Of a DNA stretch of 64,000 nucleotides, positions 40,978 through 52,281 are shown one piece after another. The stretch is from an uncultured delta proteobacterium (GTDB taxonomy: Bacteria > Desulfobacterota > Binatia > UBA9968), in contig CAVUZH010000022.1 in NCBI GenBank assembly GCA_963745835.1, positions 224,001 through 288,000 on the forward strand. Reading direction: 5' to 3'. A model generated the notes under the pieces. It was not told the DNA's origin. It was given only the letters and a program-made list of their open reading frames with translations, and made no database searches. Position numbers and translations under genes: made by a program. Within the stretch, counting starts at the first letter, position 1. Every line of letters begins with the position of its first letter.

Positions 40978-43008
40978 CTACTCTTTAATGCCGGCGAGGT
41001 CGAGGATAAAGACATAGGAAAACGCGGTCTCGCGATGGCGCCGAAATCGGCCGCTCGAGCCGCCGTGACCGGCCTCCATATTGGTTTTGAGCAGCACCCT
41101 GTTGTTGTCGGTTTTGAGATCCCGGAGCTTGGCCACCCATTTCGCCGGCTCCCAATACTGCACTTGGGAATCGTGTAAGCCGCCCGTGGCTAACAGGTTG
41201 GGATACTGCTTAGCCTCGACATTGTCGTACGGCGAGTACGAGAGCATGTATTGATAAACATCCTTTTGATTAGGATCACCCCATTCGTCGTATTCTCCCG
41301 TGGTCAGCGGAATACTAGGATCGAGCATCGTTGTGATCACATCGACAAATGGCACCTCGGCAACAATTCCCTTGAATAAATCCGGCCGCATGTTGGCGAC
41401 TGCTCCCATCAGCAGGCCGCCCGCACTGCGGCCCATGGCGAACAGCTTTTCCGGTCGGGTAAATTTCTCGCGGATCAGATATTCGGCGCAAGCAATGAAG
41501 TCGGTAAAGGTATTTTTCTTTTTCAAGAGCCTGCCGTCATCATACCACTGCCGCTCCAACTCTTGACCGCCACGGACGTGAGCGATGGCGAAAATAAATC
41601 CGCGATCGATCAGGCTCAAGCGCGGCGAAGAAAATGCAGGATCGATACTGGCGCCGTAGGAGCCGTAACCGTAGAGGAGCAGCGGATTCTCGCCGTTTCG
41701 CTTCAATCCCTTGCGATAAACCAGAGAAATCGGCACCTCAACGCCGTCCGGAGCGGTTGCATGCAGGCGCTCCGAATCATAATTACCTGAGTTGAAACCG
41801 CCCAATACTTGTTCTTGTTTCAGCAACGTCCGTTCGTGCGTGACCATGTCGTAATCATAAATCGACAATGGCGTCTTCATCGAAGTGTACTCGTAGCGCA
41901 GGACGATTGTGTCAAACTCCGGATTAATTCCAACATTGGCGCGATACGCCGGCTCATCGAACGGAAGATAATAGCCTTGTCCGCCCGACCAGGGTATGAT
42001 GCGGATCTGGGTCAGACCCCGGTTACGCTCCTCCAAAACCAGATAGTCTTTAAAAATCTCGAAGTCGCCGAGATAGACATCTTGCCGATTCGGAACGATT
42101 TCTTGCCAATGCTCTTTGCCGATTTTTTCCACCGGCGTGACCATGAGGCGAAAATTTTTCGCCTGATCATTGGTGCGTATCAGGAAGCGATCGGCGAAGT
42201 GATCGATTGAATATTCGTGTTCGCGCTGCCGCGGTAAAAAGATTTTGAATTCGCCAAACGGATCTTGAGCCTCAAGATAACGATATTCCTGGCTGAGCGT
42301 TTGTGCCGAAACAATCATTAAATATTTTTTCGATTTAGTCTTGTAGACATAGGCCACATAAGTTTCATCGGATTCCTCAAACACCAGCTGATCGGTATCC
42401 GCGGAGCTAACGAGCCTGTGGCGGTAGATCTGATAAGCGCGCAAGGTCTTTAGGTCCTGCTTGGCATAAAAAAGCGTCGAGTTATCGTCGGCCCAGGTGA
42501 GATTTTCCGTGACGTTGGGGATGACGTCCGGCAACAGTTCCCCGGTCATGAGATTCTTGATGTAAATCGTAAACACCCTTCGGCCTTGCGTATCCACCGC
42601 ATACGCCATGAGATTTTGATCGGCGCTGAGGGCCCAGCCGCCGATGGAAAAAAAATCATGGCCCTGTGCCAGCACGTTGGCATCGAGCATGATCTCTTCC
42701 GGCTGATCCAGCGAACCTTTCCTGCGCGCGAAAATTGGATACTCTTTCCCCTGTTCGTAGCGGGTGTAATAGAAATAACCGTCACGTTTGTAGGGCACCG
42801 ACATGTCCGTTTGGGCGATTCGGGATTTTATTTCTTCGAAGACCTTTTCCTCCAACGGCTTGGTATGAGCCATGATACGATCGGAATACTCGTTCTCGGC
42901 TTTCAGGTAAGCGATCACATCGGGATTATCCCGGTCTTTTAGCCAATAGTAATCGTCGACACGCAAGTGGCCGTGTTTTTCAAACTCGGCGGGAATTTTT
43001 TTTGCCAT
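40978..43008 (-). CDS. ptrB: oligopeptidase B (S9A protease II)
   Basis: DDYYWLKD, LLYGYGSYG, GRSAGG, DSQVQYWEPAKW, AGHGG. Confidence 0.95.
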   Translation of the reverse strand: MAKKIPAEFEKHGHLRVDDYYWLKDRDNPDVIAYLKAENEYSDRIMAHTKPLEEKVFEEIKSRIAQTDMSVPYKRDGYFYYTRYEQGKEYPIFARRKGSLDQPEEIMLDANVLAQGHDFFSIGGWALSADQNLMAYAVDTQGRRVFTIYIKNLMTGELLPDVIPNVTENLTWADDNSTLFYAKQDLKTLRAYQIYRHRLVSSADTDQLVFEESDETYVAYVYKTKSKKYLMIVSAQTLSQEYRYLEAQDPFGEFKIFLPRQREHEYSIDHFADRFLIRTNDQAKNFRLMVTPVEKIGKEHWQEIVPNRQDVYLGDFEIFKDYLVLEERNRGLTQIRIIPWSGGQGYYLPFDEPAYRANVGINPEFDTIVLRYEYTSMKTPLSIYDYDMVTHERTLLKQEQVLGGFNSGNYDSERLHATAPDGVEVPISLVYRKGLKRNGENPLLLYGYGSYGASIDPAFSSPRLSLIDRGFIFAIAHVRGGQELERQWYDDGRLLKKKNTFTDFIACAEYLIREKFTRPEKLFAMGRSAGGLLMGAVANMRPDLFKGIVAEVPFVDVITTMLDPSIPLTTGEYDEWGDPNQKDVYQYMLSYSPYDNVEAKQYPNLLATGGLHDSQVQYWEPAKWVAKLRDLKTDNNRVLLKTNMEAGHGGSSGRFRRHRETAFSYVFILDLAGIKE

Positions 43009-43176
43009 CGATTGCCTTTCCGGACTCCCTGGGTCTCCGTAAAAGAATGGAACATCCCACGGAAGGTATCAGCATTGATTATGAAATAATCGCGGCAGCC
43101 GCAACCGTTCCGCAGAATCTCTTAGCAGGCACCACATTGACAGCTTGTTTTCACATCGGCTACTCTCGTCATCTCA

Positions 43177-45078
43177 ATGCATATTTTTCTCCGTAGAATC
43201 GTATTTTTAGCGTGTGCCATCTTCGCCGCCGCCATTCCCGGCGCGACTCACGGCCAGACAGCAAAAGCGATCGTGCTTGCATGGGATGGCACGGTCCCAA
43301 CCTTTGTCGATGAATTGACTCGCCAAGGAAAGCTGCCCAATCTGGCAAAGCTCATTGCCGGCGGTGCTTTTGCCGATGATGTGAGGCCCGGATTTCCCTC
43401 GAAGACGGCGCCCGGCTTTGCCTCGCTGATGACCGGTGCGCCACCGCGAGTTACCGGCATTAGCGGCAATCGAGTGCCGCGCGAGCCCCGCGCCGAGTTC
43501 ACGATTCTTGACAGCATGGCTGGCTTTTCGGGGGCGCCTTTGCTTGCGGAGCCAATCTGGGCCGCTGCCCAACGCGCCGGCAAAAAGGTGGTGATTTCCC
43601 ATATTCCTTCCTTTGCAGCAGAAAATTCGGAAAACACGATACGATTCCACGGCTACAGCATGATCGCCGGACGGGACGGTATCGTGACGCCGCGGCTAAG
43701 CAAGCCGCAGCCGGCGACTTCTTGGGACAAGCTGCCGGCCAGCGATGCGCCCGCGCTCGAAATCAGTTTCGCCGTCGCCGCTTCCAAATTTTTCGGTCTG
43801 CTCGTCGATGATCCAGCAGACGAACAGATTGGCTACGACACCTTGCTTCTCACCCGCAGCCGCAACACCGAAGACATAGAAGTGAAACTCAAAAGCACCC
43901 CCGCCGGCGCCACAGGGGAACTCTTCTGGAGCGGCCCGGTAGAAGTCAAAACCACCGGCGAACGTAGTGCCAGCGTTTATTTCAGGCTGTTCGAGCTCAG
44001 GGGCGACGGCAGCGATTTTTTTCTTTACTTCACCCGACCCGCCCGCGCCATGGTTACTCCCGAAGATGCGCTGGAGGGCGCCGGAGAAACGGTACGTTCA
44101 TTCATTGGCAACGGCGCGAGCATTCTCTATCAGCAGGGAAGCTTCGGTCGAACGATCCCCAGCGGCGGCAGTGGCGGCGCGGAAGCGAGATATATCGAAA
44201 CTGTGAGGTTCGCTCAGCATCAGCTTATGGAGACCAACCGCTGGGCATTGGCGAATCTTCCCTGGGACCTGTTCTTTGCCTATACCCCGTTTCCGGATGA
44301 GAGCGAGCACCTCTGGCGCGGCTATCTGGACCCCGGGGTTTCGACTTACCGTAAAGAAGTCGCAGATCGGCTGCGCCCATTCTTGGAGCAGGTTTATAAA
44401 ACCTCTGATGATCATTTGGGTCTTCTATTAGCCAATCGCCCGGCGGACACGATCATCGCGGTGATTTCCGATCATGGCATGCAAGCGGTGAATAAACGTT
44501 TTGCGATCAATCGGCTGCTACAACAGAAAGGGCTGTTAGTAATCGATGCACAAGGTCGCATCGATCTGTCCAAGACGAAAGTTCTCTATCCTTCGATCAA
44601 CAATGACTACCTGTTGATCAACTCGATGGATTTCAAGAACGGTATCGTCGCTGCCGAAGAACGTAAAGAACTCGCGCGTCAAGTAGGTGAGCTGCTCAGC
44701 GAGGTGCGCGATGGCGACCAACCGGTGGTGAAAAACGTATATGATGCCGAAATTTACGGCGCAGAAATGGGCATTGGCGGTCCCTCGGGCGGAGACGTCT
44801 ACATCGAGCTCGTCCCCGGCTACGATTTTGATCCACGAACGACACCGGAGCCGCTGATCACGCAAGTCGAACCGCACGGAAGTCATGGAGCCAACCCGGA
44901 GCAAAGTTCGATGCGCACTCTCATGCTCTTCCATGGCCCGGGAATCGCCGTGGGACATCGGCTGCAAAACGTCCGCATTATCGATTTCGCCCCAACGATT
45001 TCCGGGTTGCTTGGTTTTCCTGCTCCAAAGAACTCAAGCGGCCGCGTGCTGCACGACGTTTCCGCCGCTTTGCATTGA
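43177..45078 (+). CDS. alkaline phosphatase superfamily (nucleotide pyrophosphatase/phosphodiesterase-like) protein
   Basis: LAWDG, PSKTAPG..SL.TG, PDE.EH, ISDHG, GSHG; signal peptide. Confidence 0.85.
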   Translation: MHIFLRRIVFLACAIFAAAIPGATHGQTAKAIVLAWDGTVPTFVDELTRQGKLPNLAKLIAGGAFADDVRPGFPSKTAPGFASLMTGAPPRVTGISGNRVPREPRAEFTILDSMAGFSGAPLLAEPIWAAAQRAGKKVVISHIPSFAAENSENTIRFHGYSMIAGRDGIVTPRLSKPQPATSWDKLPASDAPALEISFAVAASKFFGLLVDDPADEQIGYDTLLLTRSRNTEDIEVKLKSTPAGATGELFWSGPVEVKTTGERSASVYFRLFELRGDGSDFFLYFTRPARAMVTPEDALEGAGETVRSFIGNGASILYQQGSFGRTIPSGGSGGAEARYIETVRFAQHQLMETNRWALANLPWDLFFAYTPFPDESEHLWRGYLDPGVSTYRKEVADRLRPFLEQVYKTSDDHLGLLLANRPADTIIAVISDHGMQAVNKRFAINRLLQQKGLLVIDAQGRIDLSKTKVLYPSINNDYLLINSMDFKNGIVAAEERKELARQVGELLSEVRDGDQPVVKNVYDAEIYGAEMGIGGPSGGDVYIELVPGYDFDPRTTPEPLITQVEPHGSHGANPEQSSMRTLMLFHGPGIAVGHRLQNVRIIDFAPTISGLLGFPAPKNSSGRVLHDVSAALH

Positions 45079-45146
45079 CAGGGTTGTCGGCTTTTGCATA
45101 GTCTTAAAGTCGTCAGACTCACCAGTGCCTCAAAGAACATTCGCCG

Positions 45147-46439
45147 ATGTCAAACCGATCAATTTGGGAACCGCCGTCCGTCGTCTCCCGTGAAGAAATT
45201 CTAAAGCTTCATCATGAGATTGCGGCGATGCCGGACATCTCATTAAACATCCGTGAGGACATCTTCCGCATTGATGCCTTGGAAATGGCATGGGATATCG
45301 GGGTGGTCGTTTACGAGCCCTCCGATGCTACGAAGATTCCATTCGGGCCCGACGGCAATCGTATCGGCGTCTTCCTCCTTCACGGCGGCGTATCGGATTA
45401 TAAATCGGTCGAGGGCATCGCTCGCATACTGGCGCAGAAGTTCGGCGTCAAAGTCGCCAGCATGACTTTTCCCGGCAGGTTCTACCTGCTCGATCCAAGC
45501 AGGGACTGGCCCGGCGATGTCGAGCGCTCAGATGGGTCGGCACGCACGCCGCTGTGGAGTAAAGAAACTAACATAACCAGAGACCAATACGAGATCGTGC
45601 AAGATGGTTCGAAGCGCGAAAGCTACGGAACTTTGATCTCGCTCTCGGCCAGACAAGGTACTGAGTTTTATGACCGCATGGCGGCTTGGCCAGTGGCGTT
45701 CGAGGAAGCCATTCAAGAAACCGCCAGACGCCATCTACCGCAAAGCCAGTTCTCGATCTATATCCACGGCCATTCCACCGGAGGGCCGTTTGCCATGATG
45801 GCAACGCAACGTGTCCCCAATATCGTCGGCGTCATCGGTTACGGCACTTCTCCATTCGGTTACATGTACCCACAGGTCAGCGGAGACCACTGGGAGTTCC
45901 CGTTTAATCAGCTGCGGCTTCGCACCTGGCGCGATACAGCCCGGTACCTCTACGAAGGAATGAAAGACAAAGGCATGGGCTTGCCGATGCTGATCGAGCT
46001 CACCTTCGAGCGCTGGGAGAAAAGCAAGAAACGGCCGAACTTTAAAGCTGAAGACTTCGTGCACAAAAATTCGGCGAAAGCCCTGGAGGCCGCTGCCCGG
46101 GCCGCGGCGGCGCGGTTGAATTTGTCGGCCAAAGACAGTGAGCGTCTCGTGCAACGGTATTGGGGCTACACACGAGAATTATCCGGTCCCGGAGTCAAAC
46201 CTGTGCCGCCTTTCCTCTCGCTTCACGGGATCAACGACGATACCGTCACCTTGTCCCGCTGTGACAAGGGGCTGTCGCTGTTTGCCAAACTGAATCCTGC
46301 ACCGAAAGTTCGTTGCGTCTCCATCGGCGCGGGAGTCCATACCTGGTCTCACACGGAGCCCGGCCTGCCGCAGGGCATTGCCACGCCGGTGGCGAAACTG
46401 TGGCACGATGCGATCATTAACGGTTTCTTCCTGGCGTGA
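45147..46439 (+). CDS. alpha/beta-hydrolase-fold hypothetical protein
   Basis: LLHGG, GHSTGG nucleophile elbow, HG.ND, GVH. Confidence 0.65.
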   Translation: MSNRSIWEPPSVVSREEILKLHHEIAAMPDISLNIREDIFRIDALEMAWDIGVVVYEPSDATKIPFGPDGNRIGVFLLHGGVSDYKSVEGIARILAQKFGVKVASMTFPGRFYLLDPSRDWPGDVERSDGSARTPLWSKETNITRDQYEIVQDGSKRESYGTLISLSARQGTEFYDRMAAWPVAFEEAIQETARRHLPQSQFSIYIHGHSTGGPFAMMATQRVPNIVGVIGYGTSPFGYMYPQVSGDHWEFPFNQLRLRTWRDTARYLYEGMKDKGMGLPMLIELTFERWEKSKKRPNFKAEDFVHKNSAKALEAAARAAAARLNLSAKDSERLVQRYWGYTRELSGPGVKPVPPFLSLHGINDDTVTLSRCDKGLSLFAKLNPAPKVRCVSIGAGVHTWSHTEPGLPQGIATPVAKLWHDAIINGFFLA

Positions 46440-46454
46440 TTAAACAGAGTGTCT

Positions 46455-47006
46455 ATGGCTGAAAAAGATCATCTTATTCTGACGGCGGTGGGACCCGATC
46501 AGGTGGGTCTCGTCGAAAAGCTTTCGGAATTCATCTCGGGCCACGGCTGCAACATCGAGGATAGCAAGATGGCTGTTTTCTGCGGCGAATTTGCCGTAAT
46601 CCTTTTGCTCACCGGCGACAGCGGCAGCCTCTTTAAGATTGCCAATGATCACCGAGCCCTCGAAGCGCAGACCGCTCTGACCATTTCCATCAAAACCCCG
46701 TCCAAACGCAAGACCGCAGAATCTTATCTCCCCTATCGCCTGACTGCGTCGTGCATGGACCACCCAGGCATCGTTTATCAGTTGAGCGGCGTGTTGAGCG
46801 CTCTGGGTGTCAACATCGAATCGATGGAGACCAAGACGTATGCAGCTCCGGACAGCGGCACGCCGATCTTCCGGCTTGAAGCAAACATTTCAGTGCCGGC
46901 CAAAGTGAATATCAATGCGTTGCGTGAACGTTTCTTCGAGATACAGAGACAAGAAAATATCGATGTCGAGCTCGCGCCAATTAATTTTTCGCCAAGGACC
47001 CTCTGA
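46455..47006 (+). CDS. GcvR-like double-ACT domain protein
   Basis: ILTAVGPDQVGLV..GCNIEDS.M; DHPGIV..GVNIE. Confidence 0.85.
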   Translation: MAEKDHLILTAVGPDQVGLVEKLSEFISGHGCNIEDSKMAVFCGEFAVILLLTGDSGSLFKIANDHRALEAQTALTISIKTPSKRKTAESYLPYRLTASCMDHPGIVYQLSGVLSALGVNIESMETKTYAAPDSGTPIFRLEANISVPAKVNINALRERFFEIQRQENIDVELAPINFSPRTL

Positions 47007-47288
47007 GGTTTTACCGAATTCAGAGTTGATGACGGTGCGCGGCGTTCAATCCTGCTCGTGCAACTGGCAAAGAGCCCAAATGCGAGCATGTCCTCATAAT
47101 ATTTCCGCAATGATCCAAAGAGCAGCACATTGGACGCCAACTGCAAAGCGGCATGTTCAACATGGGTCCCTGAGCATACTGCAATTAGATCGGCTGGTTC
47201 TTGCATCTGAGAAGCGGCCGCTGTCGCATAGAATGACTTTCAAGTAGCATCTAATCGTGATCCGACGTTTTTCAGACCGGCTCGGCCC

Positions 47289-47419
47289 GCGAGCCCTACA
47301 ACCGTGGGCAATGGGGCAGTGCCTTGAGGGCGACTCCCCAAGCCACCAAGGGTGATGTTACCGGTGGCCCGGGCCTGCAGACACCTGTACGTTCACGTGC
47401 CCACGGTTTCCAGACTCGC
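47289..47419 (-). ncRNA. candidate rod-like structured RNA, family unidentified
   Basis: four nested stems; mismatches resolve as G-U pairs only on the minus strand. Confidence 0.45.
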
Positions 47420-47604
47420 TGGCGTCGCTGACCGACTAGTGACGTGAGCTATTGCCGGATTAGGGCTAACGAATGAAAAATCTTAGACGATGCAATAGAA
47501 TGGAAAGCACACAGTTCAGGCATGGCCAATTTTTGGCGCGAACAATGAGATCAGAATTCTTGCACGTTTAATCCCGTCTTCCGCAACCTGCCAAGGAACG
47601 TAGA

Positions 47605-50244
47605 GTGACCAAGGAAGAAGAAAGACTCGAAGAGGATCGCCGGCGCAAGGTGAACTGGAAACGCTGGGGACCTTATTTAGCCGACCGCCAATGGGGCACG
47701 GTGCGCGAGGACTACAGCCCTCACGGTAACGCCTGGGAATATCTGCCGCACGATCACGCCCGCAGCCGCGCCTACCGCTGGGGCGAAGACGGCATCGGCG
47801 GCATCTCCGATCGCCATCAATATATCTGCTTCGCTTTGGCGCTTTGGAATGGCCAAGACCCGTTTCTCAAGGAACGGCTTTTTGGGCTGACTGGCAACGA
47901 AGGCAATCACGGCGAAGACGTCAAGGAATATTATTTTCATCTCGATTCGACTCCGACCCACTCGTACATGAAGTTTCTCTACAAGTACCCGCAGCGCGAG
48001 TTTCCCTATGCGCGACTGGTAGAGGAAAACCGCAGGCGATCGAAGCGAGACATGGAATTCGAGCTCGTCGATACCGGAGCTTTCGACGATAACCGCTACT
48101 TCGACGTGTTCATCGAATATGCCAAGGCGGCGCCTGATGACATTTTAGTTCGCATCGAGGCGATCAACCGCGGACCCGAGTCTGCGCCGCTGCATCTACT
48201 TCCAACCATTTGGTTTCGCAATACCTGGGCATGGGGCCTCGATCCGCGCAGGCCGCGCCTGCGTCGCGATGCGACCGCGGAAATCGCGGCTATCAATCTC
48301 AATCACTATTATTACGGCAAACGCTGGCTATACTGTGAGAGCGATCCCGAGTTGCTGTTCACCGAGAATGAAAGCAATCACAGCCGTTTGTTCAGTGCTG
48401 AGAATGCCGCTAGCTTCGTAAAAGACGGCATCAACGACTACTTGATTCACAAAGCTTTGAACGGCGTGAATCCCGAGTCTTCCGGAACCAAAGCGGCAGC
48501 GCATTATTCAGCGGTATTGCAGCCAGGCGCAAGCTTCACGGCTCGGCTCCGTTTCAGCAATCTTTCGCCGATGTCGAGTGAGACGCTCGATGGAAAATTC
48601 GATCAGCTTGTGGCGCACCGCCGCGACGAAGCGGAGGAGTTCTATCGATCGGTCATTCCACAGAATACCAGCCCGGACCGTCGCAATATTATGCGCCAGG
48701 CGTTGGCCGGTCTGCTTTGGAGCAAGCAATTTTATCACTACGACGTCGACCGCTGGCTCAAAGGCGACCCCTGCGGCCCCGAACCCCCGCGCGAACGTCT
48801 CGAAGGCCGGAATTCGGAATGGCGGCATCTTTACAATGCCGACGTGATCTCGATGCCGGACAAATGGGAATACCCATGGTATGCCGCCTGGGATCTCGCC
48901 TTTCATTGCATTGCGCTTGCCTTGGTCGATGCGGATTTCGCCAAGCAGCAACTGCTGCTGATGACTCGGGAATGGTACATGCATCCCAACGGTCAGTTAC
49001 CGGCATACGAGTGGGCCTTCGGCGATGTCAACCCGCCGGTGCATGCATGGGCAGCGTGGCGGGTGTATAAGGTGGAAAAAAAGCGCCGCGGCGTGGGCGA
49101 CCGTCAGTTCCTCGAGCGAATCTTCCAAAAATTGCTGTTGAATTTCACCTGGTGGGTCAACCGGAAAGATACCGCGGGCAGAAACATTTTCCAGGGCGGC
49201 TTTTTAGGTCTCGACAATATTGGTGTATTCGATCGCAGCGCGCCACTGCCGACCGGCGGGTATCTCGAGCAATCGGACGCAACCAGCTGGATGGGCATGT
49301 ACTGCCTCAACATGCTGGCGATTGCACTGGAACTGGCGCGCGAGAATCCCGTTTATGAAGACGTAGCGAGCAAGTTCTTCGAACATTTCGTTTACATTTG
49401 CGAGGCGATAAACAATCTTGGCGGCGCCGGCATCAAGCTGTGGAACGTCGAAGACGGTTTCTATTACGACGTCTTGAACATGACCAGCGGCGAGCGGCTG
49501 CCAATGAAGGTCCGGTCAATGGTCGGACTGATCCCACTCTACGCGGTTGAAACGTTAGATCCGGGGACAGTGGACGCTTTGCCGGGCTTCAAAAGACGCA
49601 TGCAATGGTTCCTCGAGAATCGCCCCGGGTTGAGTGAACACATCGAAACGAGATCCACCGACGAAGGTCCGCAACGGTTTCTATCGTTGGTAAACCGTCA
49701 TCGCCTAACACGCGTGCTGCGATACATGCTCGACGAGAATGAGTTCTTGTCTCCCTATGGCATCCGCGCGCTGTCGCGGTACCACCGCGACCACCCGTAC
49801 ACGCTCAAAGTCGATGGCATGGAGTATCGGGTCGATTACGAGCCAGCGGAATCGAGCACCGGTCTTTTCGGCGGCAATTCCAACTGGCGCGGGCCGATCT
49901 GGTTTCCAGTCAATTTCCTGCTTATCGAATCGCTGCAGAAATTTCATTTCTTTCTCGGCGATAGCTACAAGGTAGAATGTCCGACCGGCTCCGGTCGGAC
50001 AGCCAATCTCTGGCAGGTCGCAGGAGAGATTTCGCAACGGCTAACCCGCATCTTTACCCGCGATCAGGACGGGCAACGGCCGGTCTTCGGCGGCAACGAG
50101 AAGTTTCAAAGCGATCCTTACTGGCGCGACTTGATTCCTTTCAACGAGTATTTTCACGGCGATAATGGCGCGGGCATCGGCGCCAGCCATCAGACCGGCT
50201 GGACCGCCCTGGTGGCAAAGCTGATTCAACAATATGGCGAATAG
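47605..50244 (+). CDS. MGH1-like / GH63-like glucosidase
   Basis: [57 protein letters not shown]. Confidence 0.9.
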   Translation: MTKEEERLEEDRRRKVNWKRWGPYLADRQWGTVREDYSPHGNAWEYLPHDHARSRAYRWGEDGIGGISDRHQYICFALALWNGQDPFLKERLFGLTGNEGNHGEDVKEYYFHLDSTPTHSYMKFLYKYPQREFPYARLVEENRRRSKRDMEFELVDTGAFDDNRYFDVFIEYAKAAPDDILVRIEAINRGPESAPLHLLPTIWFRNTWAWGLDPRRPRLRRDATAEIAAINLNHYYYGKRWLYCESDPELLFTENESNHSRLFSAENAASFVKDGINDYLIHKALNGVNPESSGTKAAAHYSAVLQPGASFTARLRFSNLSPMSSETLDGKFDQLVAHRRDEAEEFYRSVIPQNTSPDRRNIMRQALAGLLWSKQFYHYDVDRWLKGDPCGPEPPRERLEGRNSEWRHLYNADVISMPDKWEYPWYAAWDLAFHCIALALVDADFAKQQLLLMTREWYMHPNGQLPAYEWAFGDVNPPVHAWAAWRVYKVEKKRRGVGDRQFLERIFQKLLLNFTWWVNRKDTAGRNIFQGGFLGLDNIGVFDRSAPLPTGGYLEQSDATSWMGMYCLNMLAIALELARENPVYEDVASKFFEHFVYICEAINNLGGAGIKLWNVEDGFYYDVLNMTSGERLPMKVRSMVGLIPLYAVETLDPGTVDALPGFKRRMQWFLENRPGLSEHIETRSTDEGPQRFLSLVNRHRLTRVLRYMLDENEFLSPYGIRALSRYHRDHPYTLKVDGMEYRVDYEPAESSTGLFGGNSNWRGPIWFPVNFLLIESLQKFHFFLGDSYKVECPTGSGRTANLWQVAGEISQRLTRIFTRDQDGQRPVFGGNEKFQSDPYWRDLIPFNEYFHGDNGAGIGASHQTGWTALVAKLIQQYGE

Positions 50245-50512
50245 GTGGAGTAGTTACTCTCCACCATCACGATAGTGTCCGCTCCGTCGAGTTCTCTCGA
50301 CTGCACTGGCAAGCCGGATTGTTTCCGATCAACTGGCAAAATCGCCGTGCCGAAAAGCATCCTCCGGCGCGGACATAAACGATTCACCTTCGATAAATTG
50401 AGCCAAATCGGTCGACTTGGGCGGCTAAGTTGGGCATATTGGCAAACGGCTGATCCATCGCAAATTACGATATGAACAATCCGGGATTCGTCATCTACGG
50501 CGGACAAAAACA

Positions 50513-51856
50513 ATGACGCCTCGAAAACAAACTGACGCAGCAATCGTGTCTCTCGCGCTCGCGCTTGGGTTAACCACGTTGGCTTTTATCATTGCCAAAA
50601 CCGGTCGCGACGCGCTGTTCTTTCAAGGCGGTGGCGGCCTGTTACAACTGCCGCTCATCTATATCAATATCGCCGGGGCCGCGTTGCCGCTGGCGCTGTT
50701 GTTCGTCAAGGCTATGAAGATCTGGGGCGCGCGCTCAGCCCGAGTCGGGATACTGTTATTTGCGGCCGCGGTACTGGCTTTGACGGCGCCGTTTTTAAAG
50801 CCGGGCGAAAGCACGCTGCTATTGGCGGTGTTTATGTTCATCCCGGCAATCTTCGGAATCATCTTCGCAAGTCTGTGGCTGCTGGCCTCGGACATCTTCG
50901 AAAATGTGGAGAAACGCGAGGCAGCGCGGGCGTTCAGCAAGATCGGCGCGGCGACACTCGCCGGCGGCATGCTCGGTGGACTGATCGCCAAGGGACTCGC
51001 TCCCTATCTACATCCGAAATGGATGATATTTTCCGGCGCAATGATGATTGCTGGGGTGGCTGTCCTGGTGCGGCAAATCCATAAGCGCTTTCCAAGCAAC
51101 ATCGTAACGACGCAAGCCGATGAGCCAAAAAACAGATTCGGTTTTCTGGTTCCGCTGTCGAATAGGTACGCGCAAACCCTTCTATTCATTGCCATGACCG
51201 GAGCGCTGGCCGGCTTGCTCATCGATTTCCAATTCTATGCCGCCGCAACCAGCGCCAATATGGGATCCCAAGGCAACGCGAATTTCTTCGCCAATTTCTA
51301 TATCCTGCTGAATTTCAGCTCGTTGCTGCTGCAACTGTTTGCCACGCCGACGATTCAGGACAAGGTCGGATTGCGCGGCGGGCTCATGGTGCTGCCGCTT
51401 GCTCTGATCGGCGGCGCCACCTTCGCGACCGCCGCGGCAACGGCCCTTGGCCTTTCGGTGCTGCGAGTCACTGAGGGCGGATTGCGCTCCTCCGTGCACC
51501 GGTCGATCTGGGAACAGGCGTTTATCCCGGTCGCGTCCACGCAGCGCTCGTCAGTGAAGATAGCCGTCGATGGCATTGCCGCGAGAATCGCCGAGGCGCT
51601 AGGCGCGGTGGTTATTCTCATTTGGCTCAAGCGGGCGGCTCCAGATGGAAAAATTCCCATGCCCCTCGATACCAGCTGGATGACTTGGGTGTTATTGGTA
51701 ACGGTCGCGGTCTGGTTGCTGATCACCCAAACCCTCAGAGCGCAGATCAAAAAAGAATCGGTTGAAAGCGCGCCCGCGCCGGCTGTCGATATCGACTGCG
51801 AGCGCTTCCCCGATCAATGCCCATGCACAACCGAGCTCGGCAAGGGAATCGCTTAG
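50513..51856 (+). CDS. MFS-like membrane protein of the Npt/TLC nucleotide transporter type
   Basis: many TM segments; KTGRDALF, LIDFQF, LRSSVHR..EQAFIPV. Confidence 0.7.
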   Translation: MTPRKQTDAAIVSLALALGLTTLAFIIAKTGRDALFFQGGGGLLQLPLIYINIAGAALPLALLFVKAMKIWGARSARVGILLFAAAVLALTAPFLKPGESTLLLAVFMFIPAIFGIIFASLWLLASDIFENVEKREAARAFSKIGAATLAGGMLGGLIAKGLAPYLHPKWMIFSGAMMIAGVAVLVRQIHKRFPSNIVTTQADEPKNRFGFLVPLSNRYAQTLLFIAMTGALAGLLIDFQFYAAATSANMGSQGNANFFANFYILLNFSSLLLQLFATPTIQDKVGLRGGLMVLPLALIGGATFATAAATALGLSVLRVTEGGLRSSVHRSIWEQAFIPVASTQRSSVKIAVDGIAARIAEALGAVVILIWLKRAAPDGKIPMPLDTSWMTWVLLVTVAVWLLITQTLRAQIKKESVESAPAPAVDIDCERFPDQCPCTTELGKGIA

Positions 51857-51904
51857 CGGCCTAGCCAAAGAGCCGAAGAGAGCGTCGAGGCGCTTTCTGC
51901 GCGC

Positions 51905-52140
51905 GCCCACACGCTGAGCCGCGAGATCGGTGGACGAGACGAACGCTGGTCGGAGGCGATTGCGGTTGGCGATTTTACCTTCGTCTAAAAGGTGAAGAGC
52001 GAACTCGGATTCAAAACCATGCATCGCAGAGTGATGGAGGACACTGACGCGTATACGCTTCCGAAAGTGAGGCTCTAAGGCCGAGAAATACCCTACTGTG
52101 GGATGAAAACGCTGACTTAGACATAGCGTGTTCCGACCCC
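51905..52140 (+). pseudogene. C-terminal remnant of a RAYT transposase
   Basis: RDERWSEAIAVGDFTFV*KVKSELGFK matches REGRWSEAIAIGKLNFVTKMKSELGLK of 58538-59152; ends in TTCCGACCCC. Confidence 0.75.
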
Positions 52141-52281
52141 GCCCGCGATTTCGTCGAAAGCTAAGCCCGCGAAGGATTCAGTTTTTGCGAGCTGGAGCCG
52201 CAATGCTTTTGTCTAGATGAAATCATGAGGCTAGACGGAGCTAAACCGGCACCGCCACTTTCATCTTACAGCGCAAGCTGA

